A DNA stretch of 37,661 nucleotides from a virus (IMGVR_UViG_3300012943_000386:1-37661); one strand, 5' to 3'. Counted from the stretch's first letter, positions 15,409 to 24,754 are shown. Notes: generated from the sequence alone by a model not told the origin. Numbers and translations are program-made.

Positions 15409-15612
15409 TTACTTCTTCACGCAGATCGCTCTAGGTCTACCTTCGATGTAGTAGGACTTGTGACGGAGCTCATACTTCGGGTAATCCCGCAGCCACTCCG
15501 CCTTTGCACTTTCGCAGGTAGCACGAGTACTGAACTCAATGCTGTGAATAGCCTGTCCACTCTGGGACGTGCTACCTACGATCGTGAGGATCAGTACGTA
15601 GATCTCGTTCAT
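15409..15612 (-). CDS. small protein with a hydrophobic N-terminus (67 aa)
   Basis: ATGA-coupled to NAMPT; YVLILTIV hydrophobic stretch. Confidence 0.6.
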   Translation of the reverse strand: MNEIYVLILTIVGSTSQSGQAIHSIEFSTRATCESAKAEWLRDYPKYELRHKSYYIEGRPRAICVKK

Positions 15613-17138
15613 ACCGCCGCCCGTGCGCGGATTTCAGCGAGGTTGGTCTCGTTGTACAGCACACCGTTGTGGTAGACCAGCTGGTGCATGTCTTCCCACT
15701 CGCTATCAAGAGGACCCTGGTCGAGGCGGGCAGCCATGTACTCGTTGTTCATGCGGCTGCGAACCAGCGTGAGCACACCTTCCTTGCTTTTCTTGCCAGG
15801 GTCAGTGATTGGGTCCTTGGCGAGACCGATCCACTTGCCGTTGACGAGGCGAGCACTCGCCTTCTGTGCGAACTTGAAGGTGTCGCGGTTGACCTTCTGC
15901 AGCAGCGCGCCGCCAGAGCCGAAGATCACGTTGTCGGCAGAGAAGCCGAGGACCATGATCTTGCCGAGCAGAGACTTGATAGCGAGGTGATCGACGCCGT
16001 CGCCCTGGATAACACCGACGTAGTTGATGCGGCGATAGCCCTTGCTGGTGATGGTTGAACCGAATGCGACTTCCTGCAGGCGCAGGATCCGCGGGACCAG
16101 AACCATCATGTCACCGCTGTCTGGGCGGAAGACAACCTTGCCGCCGGACTTGCCGAACTCGATGATCTCGTCGCGAAGGATGGTGCAGCAGGCCTCGGCT
16201 TCGCGGATCACGTCGTAGCCGTCGAGAACGATTGAGACAATCTTGAGGCCGAGCTGAATGGCGCGGCGCAGCTGGTGACGAATGTACTTCACCTGCTCTT
16301 CAGGCGACTTGCCGTAGGAACATTGCACGCTGTGCTCAGTCGCGTAGACCGAGTAGGCGGCCATCAGTTCGTTGTAATAGTAGTTCGCCGTGAGGATACC
16401 TTCGACGGTGTCAGAACCCATGAAGCTGACCAAGTGGGCAGCTCCACCAATTTCTGCCTGCTCGGCGCAGGTAACGCCACGGCCACCGAAGTCGTGCAGC
16501 GCGAATGGCAGCAGACCCATGTCGCCACCGCTGGCCTCGTAGGCGTTCTTGATGGCCATCTTGATGGAGCGATCCATCGAAGCAACAGTCGCCCCATACC
16601 AGAAGCCGCGCTGCAGCACCGTCTCGATGCCACTTGACAGGAACGCGAAGTCCTTGCCAAAAGCAGTGACGCTGTACAGCGGCAGACCACCAGGAACCGG
16701 CGTACCTTCTGGCACGGCGCGGATGGTGAGTGGCAGGTAACCGCCGAATTCGCGGACGATGCGAACCCATACCGAGCGGCGGAACAGCGGCGCGCCGAAG
16801 TGCGCCTTCGCAAATGCTTCAGCGGCATCGACGTCGGCCATTGTGATCGGGTCTTGGAAGTAGCGGTTGAGCAGCTGCTGCATGTTGAATGGGACGATAA
16901 TCTCGTTGCGTCCCACTCGAGCCTCGCCGTATGACGACATGGCTTCCATCTCGCCGCCATCAGTTTCATCAGGGTAGGCGTAGGGGTGAGCGAACTTGTA
17001 GCTGTCAAGGCGAAGGATGAGCGCGATGCGCTGCGAAGGCTTTGCCGTGTACGACTTGTCGGTTGACTTGGGACCAATGAGACCCTGGATGATTGGGTCA
17101 ACATTGCAAAATCCATAATCTTGAGTAACTTCGGTCAT
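15609..17138 (-). CDS. nadV: nicotinamide phosphoribosyltransferase (NAMPT)
   Basis: DSYKFAH, LHDFGGRG, FMGSDT, ATEHS, RPDSGD, IQGDG, FGSGGALLQ, KDPITDPGKKSK. Confidence 0.95.
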   Translation of the reverse strand: MTEVTQDYGFCNVDPIIQGLIGPKSTDKSYTAKPSQRIALILRLDSYKFAHPYAYPDETDGGEMEAMSSYGEARVGRNEIIVPFNMQQLLNRYFQDPITMADVDAAEAFAKAHFGAPLFRRSVWVRIVREFGGYLPLTIRAVPEGTPVPGGLPLYSVTAFGKDFAFLSSGIETVLQRGFWYGATVASMDRSIKMAIKNAYEASGGDMGLLPFALHDFGGRGVTCAEQAEIGGAAHLVSFMGSDTVEGILTANYYYNELMAAYSVYATEHSVQCSYGKSPEEQVKYIRHQLRRAIQLGLKIVSIVLDGYDVIREAEACCTILRDEIIEFGKSGGKVVFRPDSGDMMVLVPRILRLQEVAFGSTITSKGYRRINYVGVIQGDGVDHLAIKSLLGKIMVLGFSADNVIFGSGGALLQKVNRDTFKFAQKASARLVNGKWIGLAKDPITDPGKKSKEGVLTLVRSRMNNEYMAARLDQGPLDSEWEDMHQLVYHNGVLYNETNLAEIRARAAV

Positions 17139-17176
17139 GATAAGCTCCTTATCGTGAAATGCGCTGAGGTCGTTCC

Positions 17177-18331
17177 TCAGCTCGGAATTCGACCAATCAT
17201 GGTCAGTAGCATGTGGTAATGATCCTCGAAGAACTTTTCGGGTTGCTTGAGGGCCTCATTGATTGGTACCCAATCCACCTTGGCGACCTCTCCCTTTTGC
17301 GGCTTGACCTTCGGCAGCGGCTTCTGGTCGTCCAGCTTGAAGAGGAAGCAGGTGGTGATGGTGCGACCGCGCAGCGAGCGATCCGGGTGGTCAAACGTTT
17401 CCTTGCTGCGGATGGAACCGTACAGCTGCGCCTTCGACAGCTCGATCCTCGTTTCCTCGATCAGCTCGCGAACGCAGCCGTCGATGAGCTTTTCATTCTG
17501 CTCAAGGAAGCCGCCAGGCAGCGCCCATAGCCCCTTGCCAGGGAAGTTGTCGCGGATATTGAGGAGAACGTGACCCGACTGGATCACGCACGCGTCGGTG
17601 GTGACGAAGGTTGGGGCGTATGGAGCAACGCTCCACGTCTTCTTGTACTGCTCGATGTACTCGTATTCCTTCTTCAGCGCCTTGAAGATTTCATCGCCGT
17701 CATGACCCTTGCCGATGAAAGTGCTGAGGAAGTCCAGCGTCTGCTGTGGCACCATCTTGCTGAAGCGGCCGTAGTTTGGCCCGTCCATGTAGAAGATGTT
17801 GTCGTTTGAGAACATCAGGCGACGCACTTCCGTGGCGCTGAGTTCAAAATCAACAGGCGTCTTGTTGACGAGGTCAGGAACGAAGAGGTCGCCGAAGGTG
17901 TGGAGGTACCACGATGACTTGTCCTTGTCAGAACCGGTGAGATACACCTTTGGGTTCAGGCCGATGCGATCAGCGAACTCGTTCTTTGCTTCGTCGACGG
18001 CATCTTGCACGCCGCGGATCCAGCCGTTGTCATTGTAGGGGTGGTCATAGAGCGGCTTGATGCTGAGGTAGCCGTAGTTACCGTTGATGCTTGGTGGGTC
18101 GTATGCCCAACCTCTGCCTGGGCGCGTCTGCGCCTCGAAGCACTTGATCATCTCGGCGCGTTCTTCGAAGGTGAAGGGGTTCTTCGTGTTGCGAGCCTGG
18201 CCCGAACTACCGATGAGAACAAGAACTGCTTTTGATGTTTTGAGCGCACGCTCAAGAACTGCAGCGTGGCCATTGTGGAACGGTGAGAACCGTCCGATGA
18301 AGACCGTTAGGTCTTTTGTTTTCGTATCCAT
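17177..18331 (-). CDS. bifunctional NMN adenylyltransferase / ADP-ribose Nudix hydrolase (NadM-Nudix)
   Basis: FIGRFSPFHNGH, KNPF, SATEVR and Nudix box GGFLEQNE...RELIEET. Confidence 0.95.
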   Translation of the reverse strand: MDTKTKDLTVFIGRFSPFHNGHAAVLERALKTSKAVLVLIGSSGQARNTKNPFTFEERAEMIKCFEAQTRPGRGWAYDPPSINGNYGYLSIKPLYDHPYNDNGWIRGVQDAVDEAKNEFADRIGLNPKVYLTGSDKDKSSWYLHTFGDLFVPDLVNKTPVDFELSATEVRRLMFSNDNIFYMDGPNYGRFSKMVPQQTLDFLSTFIGKGHDGDEIFKALKKEYEYIEQYKKTWSVAPYAPTFVTTDACVIQSGHVLLNIRDNFPGKGLWALPGGFLEQNEKLIDGCVRELIEETRIELSKAQLYGSIRSKETFDHPDRSLRGRTITTCFLFKLDDQKPLPKVKPQKGEVAKVDWVPINEALKQPEKFFEDHYHMLLTMIGRIPS

Positions 18332-18384
18332 TCGAGCTCCTCGACTGGTAAATTATTAGCAAGGATCGTTTCCTTGCTCTACCG

Positions 18385-18421
18385 TATTTATATTTTACCA
18401 ACGGTAGGTTGGTATGTAAAC
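18385..18421 (-). promoter_or_regulatory. overlapping early (GTTTAC-N18-TAAAAT) and late (TATAAATA) promoters of the NAD operon
   Basis: GTTTAC 18416-18421, TAAAAT 18392-18397, TATAAATA 18385-18392. Confidence 0.6.
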
Positions 18422-18426
18422 TTGCG

Positions 18427-18714
18427 TTAGTCTAGAATTGCGAGCAGGTCTTCCTCGACAACTACGATCAGGGCCTCGCCGTTGATCTTGACTTCAAAGC
18501 CGACGTCGCTGCTCAAAAGAACCGTGTCACCGATCTTGACCTGTAGTTTGACCAGCTTGCCGTTGTCAAGCGTCCTGCCAGGACCAACACCTGCCACCGT
18601 CGCCTTGCGATACGATGATGCGGTCTTCTGGCCAGGCAGGAGAATTCCGCCGGCCGAAACTGCATCCTCTTCAATTGGCTGCAGAAGTACGCGGTTGTCT
18701 AGGAGCTTGATCAT
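18427..18714 (-). CDS. groES: co-chaperonin GroES (Cpn10)
   Basis: LLDNRVLL...SAGGILLP...VGPGR...VKIGDTVL...EEDLLAIL. Confidence 0.92.
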   Translation of the reverse strand: MIKLLDNRVLLQPIEEDAVSAGGILLPGQKTASSYRKATVAGVGPGRTLDNGKLVKLQVKIGDTVLLSSDVGFEVKINGEALIVVVEEDLLAILD

Positions 18715-19067
18715 ACTGAAATTCTTCCCTTTGGTGTTTGCTGAGCAAGGGCGATGCCCGAGGTCTGCTCAATGTATTGATTTTCGACGTGCTTGGCTGG
18801 TGAGTACGTCAGGAGAACTGCTGCAGCTGGAATGACCAGCTGCTCAATCTCTGGGTTCGAGAGCGTCCATGGAACGAAGGCAAGGCCTACGCTTCCAGCG
18901 CCGTTTGGCAACATCCTCAGCATGTGTGGGCGACGAACGATGTACTCGACAATCTTCGTCTTTGCGCCGCCTTCAGTGAGAACTGATGGACCGACTTCTT
19001 CCACAATCGCGGCCACGACTTCTTCGCCGCTGACCATCTTGAAGGTGAGGATGTTATTTGATGACAT
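18711..19067 (-). CDS. conserved phage protein, possibly Sm-like fold
   Basis: FKMVSGEEVVA...PW...Y pattern recalled from T4-like phage proteins; not verified. Confidence 0.6.
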   Translation of the reverse strand: MSSNNILTFKMVSGEEVVAAIVEEVGPSVLTEGGAKTKIVEYIVRRPHMLRMLPNGAGSVGLAFVPWTLSNPEIEQLVIPAAAVLLTYSPAKHVENQYIEQTSGIALAQQTPKGRISV

Positions 19068-19111
19068 TATGCAGCTCCTATGTGCTGCAGATATTTACTG
19101 CGCGCCTGTGA

Positions 19112-19363
19112 TCAGGTTTCAGGGTTGGATTTTGGCTGAGCTGCTCGCTTAAGCACGTCGCGAAGATCTGGAATGCAGCCAGCGTCCATGAGAAGATTGA
19201 CGTGCATCTGAGTAAGCAGAACTGGCGTATCGTCGATGAGAATACCGAGCTTGTTGAACGCCCACAGCTGAGCCTTCTTGATGTCTACCACACCATTTTG
19301 ATCGGCGAAGTTGTAGTAGAGGAGAAGGAGATCTAGCTCTAGCTGGGTCGGTAGTTGTGCCAT
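19112..19363 (-). CDS. hypothetical protein (83 aa)
   Basis: GAGGGAG RBS before MAQLPTQ. Confidence 0.55.
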   Translation of the reverse strand: MAQLPTQLELDLLLLYYNFADQNGVVDIKKAQLWAFNKLGILIDDTPVLLTQMHVNLLMDAGCIPDLRDVLKRAAQPKSNPET

Positions 19364-19399
19364 GCTCCCTCGGTTGAAGCGGGCTTGTGGGCCAAAAGC

Positions 19400-19715
19400 A
19401 CCCACAAGCCCTAACCGTTATTTTACAAGGTGGTTTAGACCCCGCATGGTTCACGCCGCTAGGCGGAGCTCCATGTAGTTATCGTCGTTAGCAGTTATGC
19501 TATTGCTTCATTTACGCCGATCGCCTGGCGTGTCGCGTCCCGCATCTCCGCAGCCCTGTCGAAACCTGTCACCCCCGTAGAAGTGGTGCGCTAACACCAC
19601 TTTGAAATTTGGTGGAGGTGGGGGTATTGAAACCCCGTCCAAAGCCCTTCAAGTTAGTCCGTATTACGACAATGAAACCATCATATCATGAACCCGTCTC
19701 CGAGTACACGATCAT
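19400..19715 (-). ncRNA. ssrA: circularly permuted (two-piece) tmRNA; tag ANDDNYMELRLAA
   Basis: T arm plus CACCUCC-A-CCA ends at 19610, 33-nt hairpin intervening segment, then GGGGGUGACAGGUUUCGAC from 19576 (G3-U70 pair); tag ORF 19451-19492; ATAAATA at 19722-19728; outer ends approximate. Confidence 0.9.
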
Positions 19716-19731
19716 CCTGGATATTTATGCA

Positions 19732-19920
19732 TTACTTGGTGTAGATGACCTCAACCAAGGTCGCGCCGTCTTCGCGCTTGTACTCTACCCAACCGTCTGC
19801 CAAGGCATCCGCTTCCGGGGTTCCAACAACCGTAGTAGGATCGTAGGCGACGGTAGCAACCTGAGCCCCAGCTTCGACAAGGGTCTGAAGCGCTTCTTTT
19901 TCGGCTTCGGTCATTGTCAT
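19732..19920 (-). CDS. small acidic hypothetical protein (62 aa)
   Basis: GGAG RBS; ATAAATA at 19952-19958. Confidence 0.65.
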   Translation of the reverse strand: MTMTEAEKEALQTLVEAGAQVATVAYDPTTVVGTPEADALADGWVEYKREDGATLVEVIYTK

Positions 19921-20013
19921 GGTTAGCTCCAGCTCAGTTGTCTCGTGTTCTTATTTATGTGCGTCAAGATCAAACCGGATAAATATGGGTAGACCTGGGT
20001 CGCGTCGACCCTA

Positions 20014-20361
20014 ATGGAAACTTCAATGAAGATTACGTTCAAGCAGAGCCACCAGATCATCAACCTAGGTGATGACATCACGGAAGAGCAGCTAACTGAA
20101 ATTTTTGGATTTGGAAAGGGTGATAAGGACAAACTGTCAAAGGCTCAGGCCGAGCGTACAGCCCTAATCAAGAAGTACGGCGCCACCGTTGGCGCGCAGA
20201 AGCATGCCATTCAGCAGAAGCAGAAAGATGCACAGTGGGCTGCAGCTAAGGCCCACGCAGAACGTGGTACGCCACAAGACAAAGTTAAGAAGACAGACGC
20301 ATCGGCTGCCGGCGCCAAAGCACGCGAAGACGACTGGGTACGCAGTTTTTCAGCCAGATAA
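20014..20361 (+). CDS. hypothetical basic protein (115 aa)
   Basis: ATAAATA at 19979-19985 upstream; terminator downstream. Confidence 0.65.
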   Translation: METSMKITFKQSHQIINLGDDITEEQLTEIFGFGKGDKDKLSKAQAERTALIKKYGATVGAQKHAIQQKQKDAQWAAAKAHAERGTPQDKVKKTDASAAGAKAREDDWVRSFSAR

Positions 20362-20381
20362 GTTTCCAGTTTACGAACAGC

Positions 20382-20410
20382 AGAAAGGGACCTTACGGTC
20401 CCTTTCTTTT
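20382..20410. terminator. bidirectional intrinsic terminator
   Basis: AGAAAGGGACC-TTAC-GGTCCCTTTCTTTT between convergent genes. Confidence 0.75.
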
Positions 20411-20429
20411 GCCCTGGAGAAGGGTTGGC

Positions 20430-20924
20430 TTAAGCAGCCTTCTGACCGAGACCACCACCACCAGCCATCTGAGCCGGCTCAACGATCGTCGCAGGGGCGC
20501 GCACGACCTTGGTGCTGCCCTTGTTTGTGGTCGTTGATGCAGCGCGCTTGTTGGTGCCGCGGTTGAGCTTGCGTACTGGTCCGCCGATTTCCTTCAGGCG
20601 GTCACCGACGACGCGGCTCAGTGAGATCAGCTGCTTCTTGACCTTCTTCTCGGTCTCGTTCTCGTTGACCGCCTGGGCCACCTTGATGAGACGAGGAAGG
20701 TTCTTCTTGAGGAACTCCGGGTTGACGAAGTTGTAATTGCGCGGGACGGTGAAGCCGACGGCGCCGAGGTTCTTGTCGTTCACGACAATGGATACGCCAA
20801 TCCACGCATCAGCATGGTCAGCAGGGCGAACATTTTTCCAGAAGCCACCCTGAATTTCAGGGAGCAGAACTTGCAGGAACAACTGCTTCTGCACTTCCGT
20901 GGCGACGGTGAGGGTCTTCGACAT
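20430..20924 (-). CDS. hypothetical basic protein (164 aa)
   Basis: AGGAG RBS; early promoter at 20967-20996. Confidence 0.75.
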   Translation of the reverse strand: MSKTLTVATEVQKQLFLQVLLPEIQGGFWKNVRPADHADAWIGVSIVVNDKNLGAVGFTVPRNYNFVNPEFLKKNLPRLIKVAQAVNENETEKKVKKQLISLSRVVGDRLKEIGGPVRKLNRGTNKRAASTTTNKGSTKVVRAPATIVEPAQMAGGGGLGQKAA

Positions 20925-20966
20925 GATCTTCTCCTAGGTCAAACAATAAACTTCAAACCAGGCACC

Positions 20967-20996
20967 ATTCTAACATGACGCCAATCTGCGGTAAAC
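20967..20996 (-). promoter_or_regulatory. early promoter GTTTAC-N18-TAGAAT
   Basis: T4-early-like -35 element; member of the recurring family. Confidence 0.65.
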
Positions 20997-21002
20997 TAGC
21001 GC

Positions 21003-21470
21003 TCAACCTGCTGCTTTGATCTTCTTGTAGCTCTCGTCATAGACACGAACCCATGCATCGGAAGCCGTCAGGTTGATGCCATATGACTTGGCAAACTCGA
21101 CGAGCTTGACGAGGTTGGTAGTGTGCTTGGCCTCGAACGTCTCGCGCGGTACACCAATGACGATCTGCTTGACGTCGAACACCTTGACTGTTGGCTTCGC
21201 GCCTTCCGGCACGACGCACATTTCGATGTACGAGAGCAGGCTGTCACGCCCATGGATGCGGCGCATCTTGGCATCAAGCAGGTACTTCACCGTGTCGATG
21301 AACTTCACGACAACCAACGAGCCGTCTACGTTCAACTCGTGGCGCCGCGGGATCTTTGGGGTGACGAACTTGCCGTTCAACGCTTCAGCTAGCGTGCCCT
21401 TTCGAAATGCGGTGATGAACTCTTCAGGCGTAGCGATCAATGCTTTCAGCTCGGCGTCATTCATGTTCAT
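21003..21470 (-). CDS. hypothetical protein (155 aa)
   Basis: AGGAG RBS; dense minus-strand gene packing. Confidence 0.75.
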   Translation of the reverse strand: MNMNDAELKALIATPEEFITAFRKGTLAEALNGKFVTPKIPRRHELNVDGSLVVVKFIDTVKYLLDAKMRRIHGRDSLLSYIEMCVVPEGAKPTVKVFDVKQIVIGVPRETFEAKHTTNLVKLVEFAKSYGINLTASDAWVRVYDESYKKIKAAG

Positions 21471-21473
21471 CTC

Positions 21474-21704
21474 CTAGATGTTGGCGTACTGCTTGCTCAG
21501 CTCAGACGGCACGAGGTCGCGCAGCCCATTGTCGTGGATGTTGGTGCGAAATGCGGGGAATAGCAGAACGACGCAGTTTTCGTGATCTACGTATGTGTCG
21601 TCCTCAAAGAGATTGCCGAGCGTAGTAGCGAACTCGCCGGACTTTAGGCACACTACCTCACCAAATCGAAAAAGGATCTCGCGGTCTAGGGCTGGTGTGC
21701 TCAT
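21474..21704 (-). CDS. hypothetical protein (76 aa), possibly leaderless
   Basis: ATG lies 7 nt below the -10 element of promoter 21711-21740. Confidence 0.55.
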   Translation of the reverse strand: MSTPALDREILFRFGEVVCLKSGEFATTLGNLFEDDTYVDHENCVVLLFPAFRTNIHDNGLRDLVPSELSKQYANI

Positions 21705-21710
21705 AGACCT

Positions 21711-21740
21711 ATTGTACCCTGAACCTGCAGTCAAGTAAAC
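21711..21740 (-). promoter_or_regulatory. early promoter GTTTAC-N18-TACAAT
   Basis: Member of the recurring family. Confidence 0.62.
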
Positions 21741-21746
21741 TACAGG

Positions 21747-22115
21747 TTAGGCCATGGGCACATTCGATTTAGGCTTCGGTGGCGGAACTGGCGCGTCGAA
21801 CTTCGTGTTCATCTCGAACTTGGCACCATCCTCTGTTGAGATCACTACGCTGTCCTTCTTGAAGAAGACGCAGGCGGTGTAGATGGCGCGAAATTCGGTT
21901 AGAAAGATAACTCCACGATATTGATCCTTTGGACATCCAAGGGAACCGCGTTGAACCATGACGGAGAATGATCCGTCTGGAGCTTGAAGTGTTGCCAACA
22001 GGGTGTGGGCTTCAAGCGCATCATTTTGCTGAACTGGCGGTGGTGGTTGGGTCGGAGTAGCGGCTATCCCGACAGAAGCTGCCAAGAGCAGGGCTGAAAG
22101 TGCTAGACTTCTCAT
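21747..22115 (-). CDS. secreted/periplasmic hypothetical protein
   Basis: Signal peptide MRSLALSALLLAASVGIAA; GGAGG RBS. Confidence 0.75.
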   Translation of the reverse strand: MRSLALSALLLAASVGIAATPTQPPPPVQQNDALEAHTLLATLQAPDGSFSVMVQRGSLGCPKDQYRGVIFLTEFRAIYTACVFFKKDSVVISTEDGAKFEMNTKFDAPVPPPKPKSNVPMA

Positions 22116-22151
22116 ACGCCTCCTACGCTGAAAACCAGCGCGCTAAATGTC

Positions 22152-22172
22152 AAAGGGCCCTTTCGGACCCTT
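22152..22172 (-). terminator. probable terminator hairpin
   Basis: AAGGGTCC-GAAA-GGGCCCTT followed by a T-rich tail. Confidence 0.5.
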
Positions 22173-22202
22173 CAACTGAGACCGTATGTATTTACCTACG
22201 GG

Positions 22203-22520
22203 CTATCGCGCGGTCGCCACCGGAAACGTTTCCGGCCTAGCATGCCGCTCCCAGCTCTCGAGGTCTGAGACCTCTCGAACCAGGTGGCGTGGAGCCACGA
22301 ACCACAGCTTCGGGCGTGGATCACCTGGGCGATCGAATGCTTCCACCTCATCGTGCGAAAAGGCAACGCCTGCGGCGTTGAATGGCCCATTGCTGACGAG
22401 GCAGATCGGCACGGTCGACTTGGTGAGCACTTCTGCCGGGCGAACGTGGGTCAGAGGAGTGGCATTCTCACGAAGCCACTGCTCCTTCTCCATGTTCGGC
22501 GGGTTGATGTAGCAACCCAT
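22203..22520 (-). CDS. hypothetical protein (MGCYINPP..., 105 aa)
   Basis: Starts immediately after the upstream stop codon. Confidence 0.65.
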   Translation of the reverse strand: MGCYINPPNMEKEQWLRENATPLTHVRPAEVLTKSTVPICLVSNGPFNAAGVAFSHDEVEAFDRPGDPRPKLWFVAPRHLVREVSDLESWERHARPETFPVATAR

Positions 22521-22521
22521 G

Positions 22522-23103
22522 TTACTTGGCGGGCCGCAGCTGCAGCGGACCGTCTTCCTTCTTGTCCTTGAACACTTGGTCGGCCTTGGCGGTAGACACA
22601 ATGTCGAAGTCGGACAGCGTCACCTTCGGGTAACCAGCCCACTTCAGCCACATTCCACCCCAGAAGGAGCCGAGCTTCGTCTCGTACTGACGACGAATGT
22701 CGATCAGACCACGCTGGCCATTCTCGAAGTTGCTGCGGAAGCTCTCGATCACCTGCTGCACCTTCACGTACAGGCCTGGGTCAAGTGTCGGGTTGTGTTC
22801 CTGCAGGAACTGGAACGTTGCCTTCGAACCACCTTCACCATAGCGACCCTCGATGGCAGCGGTAACGACCTTGGTCAGATCATCGCGGTACATGTCGTTC
22901 ACCTGGACGATCTCGAGAACCTTCTGCACGCCCTGCGCGTAGATGTTCTTGTTGTCGGTCTGCTTGGCCTTCAGCTGGTTTTCCATGCTGTTGCCGTAGT
23001 CGTACGCAGAGCGATACGAACTGAAGCACGCCATGCCGACCAGCGCAATCAGCGCCAATGCGACCAGCGCGATAATCCCAGCACCACCTTTCTGTCTGTT
23101 CAT
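22522..23103 (-). CDS. membrane-anchored coiled-coil protein (LemA-like architecture)
   Basis: GAGGAG RBS before MNRQKGG; N-terminal TM helix; WAGYP near the C-terminus. Confidence 0.7.
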   Translation of the reverse strand: MNRQKGGAGIIALVALALIALVGMACFSSYRSAYDYGNSMENQLKAKQTDNKNIYAQGVQKVLEIVQVNDMYRDDLTKVVTAAIEGRYGEGGSKATFQFLQEHNPTLDPGLYVKVQQVIESFRSNFENGQRGLIDIRRQYETKLGSFWGGMWLKWAGYPKVTLSDFDIVSTAKADQVFKDKKEDGPLQLRPAK

Positions 23104-23134
23104 GTCATCTCCTCGTTGCAAGTTAAAAGCACAC

Positions 23135-24295
23135 TCAATATCTGCGCAGGCGCGGCATGCCGTAGCTGTTGAAGCTGTTGGCACGACCACGATTTACGTA
23201 GGTGAAAATCCAGAAGCCAAAGTACGCGAGCGCGATGAGGATCGAGCAAGTCGTCATCACCCATGCTGGCGGATCAATCTCGGCCTCAAGGTACTTGAAG
23301 TCCTTCATTGACTTCCGCTTGAAGGTGGCGAAGCCTTCATCACGAACAGCACCGATCACACCATCAGCGGTGAGTGTTGGCAGCGCGAGTATTCTATCAC
23401 GCAGGCTCACCTGGAAAATCTCATCTTTCGTCAGCGCCATGATGCGCACCCAATCTGCCTTCGCAGGGAAACTGCTGGCGCCGATGACAACCACGATGTC
23501 GTTCTTCTTGCCGTTCTTCCATGCGTCCTGAAGCGCAAAGTAGAAGCCGTCATCAGTGAACTTGGTGAGCACGATCACTGCGTTGGCCTGACGGGCAGGA
23601 CCAAGTTTCTTCAGCACCTCAGACAGCTTGTCGTTCCACTCGCGGATGTTGCTGACTGGAATTCCGATCGGTATCACGCGATCAACGTGGTAGAAGTCAT
23701 AGATGCGATCTGGGTACGCGGGTATCAACGCCTTGTACTTCTCACGCTGCGCGGAAGATACTGGGTTGAAGAGCGTTTCAGGCACGGCCTTGATGTAGTT
23801 CGTGTAGCCGTGGGTAGCTGACACTGGATCACCAGGCTTGATAATCAACCAGCGCTGCGGATCAGGTGACTTGTACACGCGCTTCGACGTTTCATCCAGC
23901 GCCTTGATCGTGTAGCTTCCGATGTTGGTCGAGCATTTCCAATCAACGGTGTAGTGGTCCTCGTAACACGTCGAGCAATGCTCTGTAGAGTGACCATCCG
24001 AGTCCGTTGTCGTATAGCAGTTGCACTGATACGAGCGAACGTAGCTGTCGTGAATACGGTCCTTCTTGACGACCTCGCCGTTCAGGATTTCAGTGTCGCT
24101 GGTCTTGGATCCTTTGCCGGCATAGAAGGCGCTGGTCATGATGAGCATGCTGATCAACATGCCGCCAGCTGTGAAGCCAACGATCTGGCCTAAGCTGATG
24201 TCGCGATCTGGCATCAGCTTGCGAACGATGAAGATTGTCGCCACTGAGAGAAACAGTGGGATGAAGAAGTACCAAAGAAGGGCGATGTTGACCAT
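23135..24295 (-). CDS. membrane protein with a large extracytoplasmic domain
   Basis: Two N-terminal and one C-terminal TM helices; CxC/CxxC cluster. Confidence 0.8.
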   Translation of the reverse strand: MVNIALLWYFFIPLFLSVATIFIVRKLMPDRDISLGQIVGFTAGGMLISMLIMTSAFYAGKGSKTSDTEILNGEVVKKDRIHDSYVRSYQCNCYTTTDSDGHSTEHCSTCYEDHYTVDWKCSTNIGSYTIKALDETSKRVYKSPDPQRWLIIKPGDPVSATHGYTNYIKAVPETLFNPVSSAQREKYKALIPAYPDRIYDFYHVDRVIPIGIPVSNIREWNDKLSEVLKKLGPARQANAVIVLTKFTDDGFYFALQDAWKNGKKNDIVVVIGASSFPAKADWVRIMALTKDEIFQVSLRDRILALPTLTADGVIGAVRDEGFATFKRKSMKDFKYLEAEIDPPAWVMTTCSILIALAYFGFWIFTYVNRGRANSFNSYGMPRLRRY

Positions 24296-24531
24296 CAGCC
24301 GATCGCCACGATTGAAATGATCTTGGCCTCGCCGGTTTTCAGCATCTGCCGAAGTTCTACGGCAGTGGGGGCAACTTCACGGTCTGGACCGTCTACGTAG
24401 TCCTCTACGGAAACACCGTGGTTGGGGACGTCCCTTACGCGATGGTCATGTGGAGCCAAGCGCAGCTTTACAACCGCGTTTTGGTCCTGCTGAGCGAGGT
24501 GCTCTATCAACTCTCTTACAATCATCGGCAT
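24295..24531 (-). CDS. hypothetical protein (78 aa)
   Basis: AGGAGG RBS before MPMIVRE. Confidence 0.6.
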   Translation of the reverse strand: MPMIVRELIEHLAQQDQNAVVKLRLAPHDHRVRDVPNHGVSVEDYVDGPDREVAPTAVELRQMLKTGEAKIISIVAIG

Positions 24532-24754
24532 GGCACTTCCCTCCTTGAGGGGTTGGAATGGTGCAGGCGTGTGCACCACCCCGAACTTACAATTTTCCTA
24601 ACTGCAGCCCAGTCCCGTCCACTACGCAGGGGTCGCGTGAGGTGCACCTCGGCAATCACGTCAGGAGAGGGCTTGTGCACAGTCCTTCCTCAAGATCAGC
24701 CAAGGGCGCTGACCCGCGCAGGTTAATTATATCAACCTGTTGGTAGGATGTAAA

